Source: Octopus vulgaris
Lineage: Eukaryota
DNA: 64,000 nt
Assembly: GCA_951406725.2 (NCBI GenBank)
Contig: OX597832.1
Location: 20,088,001-20,152,000, forward strand
Direction: 5' to 3'
Part shown: positions 28,713 through 43,669 of the stretch, one piece after another
Layout: every line of letters starts with the position of its first letter
Numbering within the stretch: the stretch's first letter is position 1
Program-made: the position numbers and the translations under genes
The notes under the pieces: generated by a model
What the model saw: the letters and a program-made list of their open reading frames with translations, nothing else
Database searches by the model: none
What the model was told of the DNA's origin: nothing

Positions 28713-29299
28713 GTGTTTTTTTGTGCTTTCTTGTTTGGATTAACTATATATATTTATATATATATATATGTATGTATTGCATCCATCATACGTCCATATA
28801 TCGTCTATATATTTTTCATTTGACGTGACAGTTCAATACCACTTGAAATGATACTGCAGGTGTTTATGGTTTTACACACATGAATCCATGTAATTAAACA
28901 CCATCCCGACTATATGTAGTAGATTTATTTCTCTTTTGACATACTAACACACGGCTAGACATCTGCTTAATTTTATTGATATAGCGGTACAATTACACAA
29001 GGTTTGTTGGAGTTTTCTTTTTTGTTTTTTCTCTCTCTGTGTATGTTTTAACAACTATCTCTCTCCCTGAAATCATATCCTGCCGTTTTAAAATAAAGAA
29101 ATATATCCGAGAAAAAACATAGTTTTTGATATATACATATATATAAAACTTCTGTCTGATCACGATTCTAGTCGTTTTGTTTTTTTTTTCAAATATATGA
29201 CTCCTGTCGCGTGGAAGTTTAAAACGTTTTGTATTTGTATGTTGGAAGAATATAAATAAGAAATTGCAAACAAGATGCTTTAATCGTCCCAAACAAGGC

Positions 29300-29383
29300 G
29301 ATGATGATGATGATGATGATGATGATGGTGATGATGACGACGATGATGTTGACGATGATGATGATGATGATGAAGATGACGGC

Positions 29384-29418
<35 letters not shown>

Positions 29419-29427
29419 CGGCCATGG

Positions 29428-29459
<32 letters not shown>

Positions 29460-29670
29460 ATGATGATGACGATGATGATGATGACGACAACGATGACGAC
29501 GACGACGATGACGATGACGATGATGATGATGATGCCGACTACGACGACGACGGCAATGGCAATGAATATGTTGATGAGGATGACGACAACGACGACGACA
29601 ACAATGAGAGTGATGATGATGAGGAGGATGATAATGATGATGATGATGAGGAGGAGGAGGAGGAGGAGGA
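29300..29670. repeat. (GAT/GAC/GAG)n microsatellite
   Basis: Direct reading; explains the poly-D, poly-M and poly-H ORFs. Confidence 0.95.
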
Positions 29671-29985
29671 TTTAGGTTAAGAGTAACCAAAGAATGGGAC
29701 TTTCAGTTCGTTTTTTTCCTTGATGTTAGCAAAGACGTCTGTTAATGGCCTCCAAGCTATAAACTGTAGTGTGGCCTTTTTTGCGTTTTAAATGGAATAA
29801 TATGAATAAGAAATTCCGAGCGAGACACTTTAATCGTCCCAAACAAGGCTACGCAATACTCAGCAACTCAAGTTTTTCAAAAAGGTACAAAAGAAATAAA
29901 ATAAAAAATGAAAATAAAATTACTTGCTCCTGAATCAAGCAAAGATGGCTGACAGTTGTAAGTCAGAATAAGGAGTAAAAGTTTC

Positions 29986-30058
<73 letters not shown>

Positions 30059-30581
30059 GAGGGAGAGAGGGTGAGAGAGAGAGAGAGAGATGCAGAAAGA
30101 CATGTGTGTACATAAAAAATCATATAAAAAATTTGAACAATTATTAAACAATCATTTAAAAAAAATAAGGAATGAAAAATAAGAAATGAAAAATAAACTA
30201 AACAAGAAAAGAAAAATAAACCAAATTTTTTAAATATTAAAATAAAGTTAAAATAAAAAGGTAAAAAAAATAATATCTGAAATTTTTAATGTTAATGAAA
30301 TATTTATAATTGAATGAAGAACGGTGTGAGAAAATTTCAACCTGTCATCAAAAGGGGAGGAAAAAAAAAGAAAAAGTAGATAAAGAAGAACATTATATAA
30401 TATAAAACCCGTTGGCAAATTGTAATGTCTGACGTGGGAATATCGATAAATGTGGGACTTACTAACCACGGATCAGCCACAACCGGCATCACCAGGGCTG
30501 ATCTTAGACCGGAGAAGTACGAAAACCGGTTTAAAAAAATATATTACGCGCAGGAAAGAAAGAAAGAACAATTGGCTCTTT

Positions 30582-30582
30582 A

Positions 30583-30678
<96 letters not shown>

Positions 30679-30799
30679 ACAGCTGCTCCTCCTGCTGCTA
30701 CTACTTTTGGTAATTCTACACCTGCTTGCGTTTCTGTTGCTGTTGGTGATGCTGGTGTTGTTGGTGTTTCTGCATCCATTATTATTATTATTATTATTA

Positions 30800-30833
<34 letters not shown>

Positions 30834-30854
30834 CATTATTATTATTATTATTAT

Positions 30855-30889
<35 letters not shown>

Positions 30890-30895
30890 ATTCTT

Positions 30896-30926
<31 letters not shown>

Positions 30927-30960
30927 TCATTATTATTATCATTATTATTATTATTATTAA

Positions 30961-31002
<42 letters not shown>

Positions 31003-31117
31003 CAATGGCGGTGAGCTGAAACTAAATAAATAAATTTTTAAAAAAATTATTATTACTGTTGATTTTCAAACTACTAACGCTAATACATTAGCAACTGCAG
31101 TGGCATCAGCTGCAACT

Positions 31118-31183
<66 letters not shown>

Positions 31184-31368
31184 AAGAAGAAGAAGAAGAA
31201 GAAGAAAAAGTAGAAGAAAAAGAAGAAAAAGAAAAAGAAGAAGAAGAAGAAGAAGAAGAAGAAGAAGAAGAAGAAGAAGAAGAAGAAGAAGAAGAAGAAG
31301 AAGAAGAAGAAGAAGAAGAAGAAGAAGAAGAAGAAGAAGAAGAAGAAGAAGAAGAAGAAGAAGAAGAA
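30582..31368. repeat. Compound trinucleotide block: (TAC)(TGC)(ATT)(TAG)(TTC)(ATT)..(TAG)(GAA)
   Basis: Direct reading. Confidence 0.93.
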
Positions 31369-31824
31369 TTTCGGAGGAAACGTTGCAGATAATGGAGTGG
31401 AGTATACATCGATGAGGGAAAGAAAGAAACAAGAAAACCCCGCGCCTGCCCACCTTCCCTCAAAACACTATTTGGGGGCTGAGATTTTGTTAAAAAAAAC
31501 TTAAGTGTCCGCACATGTTTGAAATTCGAACGTACATGCTACTGTCTGAAGATCTCTTACCGATCCCATTTTGCACGGAAAATTGTCCACTTGAAAATAA
31601 ATTTTAAAAAGATTGCAACTAGAGGGGCTTTATTTAAATGCCTGCTGGACTTAACGTATTGATTATGACATCTGTGTCTGTAGGGCGAAATACCGGTTCT
31701 AGCTTCTCTTCGAATTCATTCAGATGTTTCCTAACTGAAACATGGCTCGTGATAATAAATGGCATGGTGTTACAACAATCTCCTGGGCCGCAAGGGCTAT
31801 GCAATGAAACTGCGTTTTTCGTTT

Positions 31825-31962
<138 letters not shown>

Positions 31963-32824
31963 GAAGATATGTGAACGTGGTGGAAGTGTCCAATTCCTTT
32001 TATATCTGAAAATACAACTACTAAATAATCGCTGGCAGTGAAAAGGGAACGAACACGTGTACAAAATCTTTCCTTGCCAGTGTGTAGCTCATTCTCGCTC
32101 AACACTAGTATATCGCTTCCACAAGGCCACCTATGACTTCAGTTAAGAGCAGAGTCATGCCTGCATGAAATGGATCAGGGAGAAGTATGGTACACATTGG
32201 TTCTGAAGAAACACCTACTTGCGTATGGATAATTTCTTACTACTCATCAATTCAGATCCCTTCTAAGGCTTACTTAGAGTTGTCAGACGATGCGCTTTGC
32301 ACAAATCCCATATGTATTAAGTCCTCATGTGCCACATTATTTTTTTTTCATTTATTGGGTAAATAACTCTGTTAAGTGTGCAATTGACCACCAAGGGAAT
32401 GTGAACGTACAAATAGCATGCCTTAAAATACCCACGAGATGTAAACGTACAAATAGCAGCCCTAAAATACGCACCAGATCTGTGACCCTAAATTCAGATG
32501 ACAAACTAAACAAGTGAGTAATAATCTTTCGGAAGACCTCTGAGCTAACCTCGGCCAATCGAGATTAAGTTAATGCACACAATGACACAGATCACTACTG
32601 GATGATGCACACATATACGAACGGGGGGGGGCTTTCATTTCTAGTCGAGAAAATCTATGAGTTGTATCAAGTGAAAAGGAAAGAAAACTTCACATCACAT
32701 AAAATGTTTACGTGAAAATGACTCGAATTTTTCATGTTGTATAGAAATGAAATTGAAAGGCATATAGTGCTGTAATTCTAGCCAGGTTATGTCCAACTCC
32801 TGATTACGAATATACATATTCACA

Positions 32825-33462
32825 AGGCGACTAACTGGCAGAAACGTTAACACGCCGGGCTAAATATCTTAGCAATATTTCGTCTGCGTTTTAAATAAGT
32901 TCAAATTACGCCGAGGTCGTCTTTACCTTTCATTAAGTACCAGTTGCGTACTGGAGTCGATTTAATCGACTGTACCCCTCCCACCAAAATTTCAGGCCTT
33001 GTGCCTAGAGTAAAAAAGAATATAAATATTTACCTGAAATGAAAGCAGTAGTGTAAACAATTTTTTATAAAATTAAGCGAATTTTTTTTCCCATTTTACA
33101 ATGCGTAAGAAACATGATAGTTGCATCTTTCTCTCGAAAATACAGGGCTTAAAATTGGTGAAATTGTTTCAAGCAGGAATTTCTTGAATTTACCTAGCAC
33201 AAATCGTATTTAACTCATTACGGTGTTTAAATGTAGGTAATAAATAACTTTTGGAAGGCGGCGAGCTGGCAGAAACATTAGTACGCCGGGCGAAATACTT
33301 AGTGGTATTTCGTCTGTCTTTACGTTCAAATTCCACTGAGGTCAACTTTGCCTTTCATCCTTTCGGGGTTGATAAATTAAGTACCCGTTGCGTACTGGGG
33401 TCGATCTAATCGAATGACACCCTCCCCAAAATTTCGGGCCTTGTGCCTAGAGAAGAAAAGAA
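32825..33462 (+). mobile_element. Two SINE family A copies, short-tail variant (32825-33020 and 33256-33462)
   Basis: ggcggcgagctggcagaaac head; tail ccccaaaatttc.ggccttgtgcctagag.a.aaaagaat. Confidence 0.88.
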
Positions 33463-34827
33463 TAAATAACTTCTGTTTGTTTTGGCTTTATGACAGATAG
33501 AGAGTAATAGACTGAACAGACCATACAAGAAAAACTAGAAATCATTCAAGCCTCTTGATGGTTTGGTTAACTTACATCTAAATTCGAATCTTATGGTGAT
33601 GATTATTGGAATATAATGCAGTCAGCTCTGTGATAAATCTATGACGGGTTGTTATAGCGTATTTTTCCACTGGATCGGGATTTTAATGAGGTTCCAGAAA
33701 ACTAGATCAGATAGAAAACTCTCAACCATCAAATAACCAGTTCTGAAAGACAATATTTTTGGATTGAGAAAATAGTGATTTAAGAAATTTCTCTATTTTG
33801 CAGCCACATTTTGGAGCAGATGATTTAAAATAGCCCCGATAATTATTTCCGATAGAGGTCTATGAATGTAAAATAAAGACATAGCCATACTCATGACATT
33901 GACATCGTTTAGGAACTTTAAATGCTTCATCAGGAATATAATCTAAAGTGTGTCCAAGGTTCTTAAAGAAGTTATATTTAACTCTAAAGAAATACTTACA
34001 AAGTGTTAGATATATAACATCAGAACAGCTTTTGGCGAGGCGGAGTTTACATTACTTTGTGACACTTCAAACTTTTGCATGTCGAGGCAAGTAGAGATTA
34101 GAGTATCACCCAAAACAAAATCCCAGCTCATTAATTCTTATCTTGATCTGTAAGATAAAGATTGGTTGACCTTTATCGTGATAAAATTTCCTGCAAAGCT
34201 ATTGCGTCTGGAAGTCCTTCGGTTACGTTCCAGCAAAACATTAGGTATACTGGATTAAAAGCTACAATCTGATAAGCCATCAGATTAAAAATCTGCTATA
34301 GAAACGATAAAAAGATATAGCGTGGATATAAACTGTAGTATTCATAAGTTCAGCAACACGAAGTCTACGCTAAATCTATGATTGAAAGATCAGTAGAGTT
34401 TAATCGCGGATATTTCGTAGCCATTTGATTAAGGAATGATTAAAATAGATGTGTTTTTTTTTTATGTTTTCTATATTTATTTTTCATCAAGGCAAAGTTC
34501 TGCCGTTTATGGTATTGTCATGTCTACTGATAGTGACTCGAATCGATTGACGAATCAAAGACATGGGAGGAAAAAAAGACTACAACCAAAATTTAAATAA
34601 TAAAAACAAGAAGATATATCTGCATTTTGCGCTATCATTTATTTGCCATTTGACAGAGTATAGGTGGTTGTTTGTATGGGTATTTAGATATACTTGTGTG
34701 TGTATGAGACAGGGAAAGAGAGAGAGAGACAGAGAGACAGAGAGAGACAGACAGAAAGAAAGAAAGAGAAAGAGAGAGAAAAAGAGTGAGAAAGAGAAAG
34801 AACATATCTCAAGATATACACATCTAA

Positions 34828-35018
34828 AGGCGGTGAGCTGTTAGAATCGTTAGTACTCCAGTCACAAAGCTTAGCAGCATTTCATCCGCCTTCACCTCCT
34901 AAGTTCCATTTCCGCCGAGGTCGACTTTCTCTTTCATCCTTTTAGGAGCCGATAAATTAAGTACTAACTTTCCTGCACCTCCCGAAATTGCTTGCCTTGC
35001 GCCAAAATTTGACACCAA
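34828..35018 (+). mobile_element. SINE family A, diverged
   Basis: Head plus cgccgaggtcgactt..ctttcatcct body. Confidence 0.75.
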
Positions 35019-35282
35019 TATATACACATGCGAAAATATCTCTGCTCAAAATTAATAGAAACGGATCAATTTGGAGTAAAAAAAGAAACGTTAAGCATAA
35101 ATTGCACATAATTTTGTTAAGGTTCCATAGCTTTTTCTAAAGAATAAGACATCAGCAATTATATAACTACGTATTTTACATAATTTTAAGATGATGCATT
35201 ACGAATATCTTCCGGGGAATTGAATTTTAAAAAAAACTGTTGCTCTCTATGATCTTGTAAAAGATTTTGTATATGCAGGCAA

Positions 35283-35841
35283 GAGGGAGTACCCAAATGT
35301 AAATGGAAACTTTCCCTGTGGGATGAGCCCTTTGTAGTTCAGGCTTCCGCCGCTAGAAACCACTAGATGTGACCCTTAGGCATAAATCTACCACCCGGTG
35401 TCTTATAGTCAGGTCGTACTGTCACGTGGTGCGTTTCTGTTTTGCAGTGCTTCGCCTCTATTCATCGATTTTTGCTAGTTGAAATGAAGGAACAGCGTAC
35501 TTCCGTGAAATTCTGTTTTCTGCAGGAAAAATCGGCCTCCGAAACCGTTGTCATGCTTCGAACAGCGTACAAGGACGCTGTTATGAGCAAAGCACAAATT
35601 TACGAGTGGTTTTCACGCTTTAGGAATGGTAACGTGTCGCTTGAAGACCAATCTCGTACAATGCGAGCGTCGACCTCCCGAACGAATGAAAATATCACGA
35701 AAATTCATGAGGTGATCTTGGAGGACCGTCGCCAAAAAACTGAGGAACTTGTTATGACTGGTATGTTTTGGAGCTCCTGCCAACGAATTTTGAGCGAGGA
35801 ATCTCGAATGAAATGACTTGCGGCAAAATTTGTGCCGCATT
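35283..35841 (+). mobile_element. Mariner transposon 5' remnant (HTH DNA-binding region)
   Basis: MKEQRTSVKFCF..KSASETVVMLRTAYKD.VMSKAQIYEWFSRFRNGNVSLEDQSR..RASTSRTNENI.KI..VILEDRR...CQRILSEE.RMK*LAAKFVPH; FVPH corresponds to the WVPHEL linker. Confidence 0.88.
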
Positions 35842-36037
35842 TTCAGCGCTTTCTTCCGTTACGAATTTACCAAAAAATTGTTTAAAGTCAGATTTCTTGG
35901 CCTTTTTATAAATATACAGAATTTTGTGGGGTTTGTCAAGTAAAAATGATTTTTTTCTCTTCTCCCTTGCTTGGCATACACCACAAAATTATTTATATAT
36001 AAAAAAAGCCAAGAAATCTAAATTTAAAACGTCTGGC

Positions 36038-36365
36038 AATTGTCTTCTACTATAGCATGGACCGACAAAATCCTTGTGAGTGGATTTGGTAGACGAAAAC
36101 TGAAAGCAACTCGTCGCATATGTGTGTGTGTGAGTGTGTGTGTATGTGTGTGAGTGTGAGTGTATGTGTGAGTGTCTGTGTTGTCCCCCCCAACCATCGT
36201 TTGACAACCGATGTTTATGTGTTTACATCTCCGTAACTTAGCGGTTCAGTAACACAGAGCGATAGAATTTGTTCTAGGCTTACAGAGAATAAGACCTGGA
36301 GTCAATTTCTGCGACTAAAACCCTTTAAGGTGGTGCTCCAACATGGAATAAAAGAATAAAAGAGT
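36038..36365 (+). mobile_element. SINE family B, 5'-truncated
   Basis: Colinear with the family B body and tail. Confidence 0.8.
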
Positions 36366-37134
36366 ATCAAAATGGCGAATTTGGGGTGAGAGGTAGAAGG
36401 TGTTTTCAGATGCTAAATATCTTACAGATGTAAAACATTCTCAAATGTGATGTTTCTTCAAGCTGCAGTGAATGGAGAACTAAACAGAAATTGGATTTCA
36501 TAATTAGCCCTTGTAGGAACTGAAATCTAGATTTTCGATGCCCGCCATGTATCAGGATGTGTTGAGTTCAATACATCAATACAGTAATGATTTATCACCG
36601 AACCAGAAGACCACAAATTACAGTGGTTGCATACATTCAACAAAATCATAGAGTATAATTGATGTTAGTGTATAATTGATAGTATTTTTATCGATACGGG
36701 AAAGATGAAAAGAAAGGCTGAAAAAATTGATTCCACAAAAAATTCGCAACCAAATCAAAAAGATACGAAAAAGGAAAATGTAGAAAATACCAACTAACAA
36801 AATAACTTGTGAGTTCATCTTTCGTTTTTACCACACCATTACTGCTTTACCCTGGTTAAAATGATATTGATTTGTGATAATGGAGCAAATCGATATGTTT
36901 CGCTGTATTTAATTTTTTCTTTCTTTTTTTTTATTTTTTGTTAACACTTCAAACCCCACGAACCGCGTTTTAATGATTGAATAAATCTGTTTTTCTTTTG
37001 TTGTTTGTTTTTGTTTTTTTTTTGCTTTTCAATTTTGTTATGACATAATCTGTTGAAGGAGGGTCCTGCCACGCCACTTTTTGCCTTGTCTCTCAGAAAG
37101 AGTGAAAGACATCCTGACACATGGGCCCTTTTCC

Positions 37135-37345
37135 TCTTTTATTCTTTTACTTGTTTCAGTCATTTGACTGTGGCCATGCTATAGCACCGCCTTTAGTCGA
37201 TCAAATCGACCCCAGGACTTATTCTTTGCAAGCCTAGTACTTATTCTACCGGTTTCTTTTGCCGAACCTCTAAGTTACGGGGACGTAAACTCGCCAGTAT
37301 CGGTCGTCAAGCGATGTTGGAGGGACAAAAACAGACAAACAAACA
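37135..37345 (-). mobile_element. SINE family B, 3' half
   Basis: Reverse complement of the family B 3' half. Confidence 0.85.
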
Positions 37346-38720
37346 TCTCCACGCGACACTTATTATCGCGCGCACACACACACACATTCATATATATGTG
37401 TTTGTGTGTGTGCGTTTTTATGTGTCTTTTAGCTTTTCTATATTTATACACATCAAGTGAACCAATTAAACAACACTGTCTGGTTGTTCAATTTGCTAGA
37501 AGTAACAGCCAAATGTCTCTCAAACTATGCTCTTGTTAGTATTAAGGAAAAGGAAAAATAGAATTAATATTTTTGATCTTTTTCGTCTCTATGAATTCAA
37601 TTTTCTATTAAATGCTTTCGTCCATTACTTGAAACAAGAACAAAAAATTGGAAAAATCCTGACAAAAAAGAGAAACTGTAGCTCTATAAAAATATAGAAA
37701 AAGAAAATGTATTCGAAAGCCTAAATTTGCTTTTTTTTATGTGAGATGTACTATTAAAATTAAAGCAAGTAAAAAATTTAAACTTCGGAACATGAGACTT
37801 AACATGTTATCTAGTTTACGGACGAATTCAAATGGTTAGAAGACCTAAATCAAATGAATGTGTGTGTGTTTGGGCCTTCAATAGGCAGGGGGCGATTTCA
37901 TTTCAATCGTAGAAAAGAATTTAAATACTTATCAGCCATTCCCTCTCATTCTCTCTCTTTCTCTCTCCCTTACTCGATACACGCGACAAATTTAAGTATT
38001 TTAATTCTCTCATTAAGATCGTTTCTGCTTCGGTAGGCATGGGTCTTGAGAAGTAGTAGTACAATAGGTGGTAGTTTCAAATCTATTTCAGAAATTACAA
38101 GAGATATAGTTAAAAATTTCTATTTAAGCAACAAAATATCTTTCAGCACCTTTCTCTTAAGCGTGACTCACACGTCAGGTACGTACAAAAAACAAATTGG
38201 TGTATTGTTATTATTGATTATTTCATGAAATCAATTGTTCATTTCATGATAAATTCCTTCTTATTTGGGGATCAAAAATAAAACTACTTTTGATAGTTAC
38301 GATTTCGTTTTCCAACTAAGAGGGAGTTTTTCTGTTTATCTATCTATCTCTGTGTGTATGTATGATCCACTTCACGAATGAGTTTGGTTTATTTGTAGAT
38401 GTGTTTGTGTATGTAATTTTTCCTCCCCTTGCGTATATTATATTATATAGAAATCAGTCATACAAAAGCAACAGCTAATGTTTTATTTTTTAAACATGTA
38501 AGAATAAATAGCTACTTCAAAAGTAAGTAATTGAATCAATTATAAATATGTAAATAATACACACACTACATGTACATAATATATAAACACTGAAATTTTA
38601 CATGAAAAATAAAGGACAAGAAATGAGAGTATCGAATAACTGTAAGATAGAATGGTAGACCAACAACATCGGCAACAATAACATGAACTATAGAAAAAAT
38701 TTAAAGGAATTAACAACATA

Positions 38721-39104
38721 GGCGCAGGAGTGGTTGTGTGGTAATTAGCTTGGTTCCGGGTTCAGTCCCACTGCGTAGCACCTTGGACAAGCCTTGGACA
38801 AGCCTTGGACAAGCCTTGTGAGTGGATTTGGTAGACAGAAACTGAAAGAAGCCCGTCGTATATATGTATATATATATGTGCGTGTATGTTTGTGTGTCTG
38901 TGTTTGTCTCCCCTAGCATTGCTTGACAACCGATGCTGGTGTGTTTATGTCCCCGTCACTTAGCGGTTCGGCAAAAGAGACCGATATAATAAGTACTGGG
39001 CTTACAAAAGAATAAGTCCCGGTGTCGAGTTGCTCGATTAAAGGCGGTGCTCCAGCATGGCTGCAGTCATAATGACTGAAACAAGTAAAAAGAGTAAAAA
39101 GAAT

Positions 39105-39155
<51 letters not shown>

Positions 39156-39400
39156 CGCAGGAGTGGCTGTGTGGTAAGTAGCTTTGTTTACCAACCACAT
39201 GGGCCGACCAAAAACCCTGTGAGTGGATTTGGTAGACGGAAACTGCCCGTCGTATATATGTATATATATGTATATGCGTGTATGTTTGTGTGTCCGTGTT
39301 TGTCCCCCTAGCATTGCTTGACAACCGATTAAAGGCGATGCTCCAGCATGGCCGCAGTCAAAATGACTAAAAGAAGCAAAAAATAAAGAAAAAGAAAAAG
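38721..39400 (+). mobile_element. Two tandem SINE family B copies (38721-39102 and 39154-39400), each with different internal deletions
   Basis: Two GGCGCAGGAGTGG heads separated by (TA)n; the first has a triplicated CCTTGGACAAG. Confidence 0.9.
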
Positions 39401-40507
39401 AGAGAATAAGAGAAAGAGAACGATAATATTATCAACAACAAGGAAGGTATCATCTACAACAACAACACTAAATGTAAGAGCCTGTAAAGAAATTTATACA
39501 ACCGAAACAACAAGAGCTATGAAAATAACTAATCAAATACAAGAAAAATTATCAACAAAAACAGCATTAAATAAAAATTCAGCAATACCAATACGAATGG
39601 CCAAAGAGTATAGCGACAATATAAGCAACATCAAGAATGATAGTAATATACCAAAAGTAATGCAAAACAATACCTCCTAGAATGACAGAAGCGATAACAT
39701 TAAATAAAAGTTCTCAAATAGCAAAACATACATTAGTTGATGAAGGATGGTGGGTGGGAAGGGAATGCGTAAGGGCTGTTTTGTGTTTTGTCTTTTTTTT
39801 TTTTTTTTGCTTTTTTTTTTGTATCCAAGTCTCGCTGTCATGACAAAGATTGAGTGATCCTATGGTGTTTGGAAAGGGTCGAAGATTTATCATTGAAGCG
39901 AAGAAGTGGCTAGCAAGGAAATACGACCTGTTCTCAAAACGATTAGTGGTTTACCGATGCACCATACGGCGATGAGACCACACCGCAAGATGTGTTCGGA
40001 TGACAGTGAGGTTTGAAAAACTGAGAGAGAAAGGAAGGAAGGAAGAAAGGAAAAATGAAGAAAAAAGGAACAGAGAAGAGCGGTAGGGGATGAAATTCAG
40101 ACGGTGTGAAATAGATAAAGAGACTGAGATTGTGAAAAGAAGGGATTAAGTGAATGAAAGAGGGGAAGATAGTAAAGTAGAAGAGAAGGAGAGGAAGGAG
40201 AAGTAGATGAAGACGCGGGGAGTGGTGTGAGAGAGAAAGGGAAAGAGAAGAATATGATGAGAATGAGAGACAAGTAAGGAGAGAGAATCAAGTGAATAGA
40301 GTGAGATAGAAACAGAGAGCGAGGAAGTTCTGAGAACGGAAGAGATAGCCAAATACTGAGGGAGAGGGACAGAAAGAAAGAGAGAGAGAGAGGGTTACCC
40401 AAAGAGAGAGAGAGAGATGGAGAGTGTATGTGTCTATGCGTGTTGCACAAATACTGATATATAGAGAGCGAGAGTGAGAGAGAAAATTCGAGAAAGGGAA
40501 AGTGAGG

Positions 40508-40546
<39 letters not shown>

Positions 40547-40850
40547 GGGAAAGTAGACAGGGTTATCCAAAGACAGAGAAAGAGATTTACACAAATACAG
40601 ATATACACAGAGATCAAGCGAGAGAGAGGGGGGGAGAAAGAGAAACAGAGGGACATAGAGAGAGTAAAATTGAGAAATAGGAGCGTATGAAGTAAAGATA
40701 AGAAGAGTGTAACAAAAAATCAGGGGTCAAAGGTGAATGGAGGAAGACAGAGGATTACATATGAAGAGAGAAATGTCTCCAAATGTGTTTTCATTCTTTT
40801 TCTTTTGTTTCCTTTTGTTTTTGTGTATGTACGTATATGTATATATGTAG

Positions 40851-40906
<56 letters not shown>

Positions 40907-41181
40907 ATGTGTTTGTGTATGTGTGTGTGTATGTGTGTGTGCGACATTGTGCTTGAATTGCAAATGCAATATAGAAATAAAAACAGGAAGTAAACAAGGA
41001 GAGATAAATTTTAATCGATTAATTCAACGCTTCAAAGGAAGAGAGAGAAGCAACGTTTCGGACATTAGTCCTTTACGTAAGGAAAGAAGAAAGCATTGAA
41101 GAGTGCGAAAGCAAAATATATACATACATACACCCCCCACACACACACAAACATATATATACATATACACACACACAAAGA

Positions 41182-41227
<46 letters not shown>

Positions 41228-42025
41228 GAGAAATAGATAGAGAGATGCGTCCAGAAGGGTTTATTGATCGTATTTGAAACTCATAAATACATCGAAAATT
41301 TTTCCCGAATATATCTTCAGCGTGAGAAAGAAACAGTATAGTGAAGACTAACCCAGTTTATTAACCCTATAGTGTGATATCGGAAATTTGAAATTAATTG
41401 AAATTCACGCGTATAGAAAAAAATATCACTAGCGCTAATGACAATAATTTTTAAAGAAGGTAAAGAAAGAGAAGAAAACCTAGATGTATTTCATAAAATA
41501 TAACCTTGTAATTTTTGAAGAATAATTGAAATTACGCAAATTTAAATTTCTTCGTTCTGTAGCTTGATAATGATAAAATGGAAAATTAACGTTAACAACA
41601 ATTCGTCGTAATACCTGTATAAATTTCAATTAACAGGTATTGTTTATGGTTCACTTTATGAAGTATTTAAAGCTTCGTATAACAATAAATATTCCATGTA
41701 AAAGAGATCAAATCTGTGGAATTTTGTCATGTCAACAAATGAAACTATTTACTCAGAAAAATTGCCTGTAAACATGACCTATAGCCTTTGTCGTTTTATG
41801 ATAGGGTAAGACCGCATTAGCTACACTCTGGCAAGTAGGATTGAGAGGCTCGAAATGTACATATATATACATATATATATACATATATATATATATACAT
41901 TTTGTTCAATTTGAAGACTCCACTAGAGTGGACAAAAGCGCTATTTTATATGATATAGGATTTATAAAAACATGTAACACATTAATAAATATCTGTAAAT
42001 ATAAACCCTCCAAATTTCTGAGTAC

Positions 42026-42096
<71 letters not shown>

Positions 42097-42139
42097 ATCA
42101 GAAATGGAAAAGATATATGGAATATACATGCTAGACCAC

Positions 42140-42303
42140 TAAAATCTATAAATTATTTTCATTCTATTTTCTCTTATAACATTCTGTCGAAGAGCGTAGG
42201 CTCGAAACGTAAAGGACCTTCTCACCTTCCCGAGCGTCAAACTAATACAGTTGTTTGTTGTTCATACACCTGTCTTCGTCTTTTGTTTTTGTAAAAATTT
42301 GAA
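42140..42303 (+). mobile_element. Short PLE-derived element (family H3) with hammerhead motif at 42180-42215
   Basis: CTGTCGAA-GAGC(GTAG)GCTC-GAAA-CG-TA; downstream sequence homologous to 21670-21750. Confidence 0.62.
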
Positions 42304-42739
42304 ACACATGTATATACACATATGTGTGTACGTGTTCATACGTGTGTGTGTGTGTGATTGTGCTTGTGTGTGTGTGTGAGTGTGTGTGTATGCATATGTA
42401 CGTAACTTTTATAAGAAGCCGTTTTTATTGCTGATAGTATGGCGGTTGTTACCGTGCCTCACAAATGACAAGAAAAACGACAGTTGGTATGATCTCTGTT
42501 GAATGTCAAAAGAAACAGTATTCTAAAACTGTGGTTGACATCCACTTATCTTGATTTGTGACGTCTGTCAAAACATTATTGCCACTCTCATTTGTTCATT
42601 GATTTCTATGATCATTTTTATTCATTTCATAGATTTGTGTGTGTGGTGTCTTTGTTCATTATTAACAACAATTTTTATTAGGGAATTTGATTAGGATTCT
42701 CTCTTTGCTTGTGTGTGTATGTGTTTGTGTGTTTGTGTG

Positions 42740-43212
<473 letters not shown>

Positions 43213-43669
43213 TAAATACATTGTTATAGTCATCTATCTACAAATATAAACATACATACTTATGTGTGAACTTATTTATATCCATATATACAGACAAACA
43301 TATAAGCACACACGAGCACACACATACACACACACATATATATTTTTCATGCTTTACACTTCTCCTTTCTCTCTTTTCATGTAAGTTTCCCCTCTTTCGC
43401 TTTTCCTATATCTCTCTTGGCAAGTAGATGGGAAGCAAAGAAACAAGAGAAGTGTTGTGAGAGAGAAAGAGGAGAAATAAAGGTATAGAAAATAAAAGGA
43501 ATATAAATTGAGAAAGGAAGGAAGAGAAAGAAGCAGGCAGATGAGGAAGAAACAGGACAAGATTGATAAATGAATGAAGGGAAGGAAAAAAACTGGAAAG
43601 GGTAACTGTATATGTGATAAGCACAAATATAGAAAGAGACGTAAGTAAATAAGTGAAAAGGGATATATA

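Noticed and set aside
29264-29680. 138-aa poly-Asp/Glu ORF resembling an acidic biomineralisation protein (similar ORF at 19383-19877)
   Set aside because: It is a (GAT)n tract open in multiple frames, with no signal peptide or splice context; such tracts are common in this window.
30531-30836. Minus ORF MDAETPTTPASPTATETQAGVELPKVVAAGGAAV followed by poly-A/V
   Set aside because: Nearly all codons end in A, as expected of a decayed trinucleotide repeat, and it is embedded in microsatellites.
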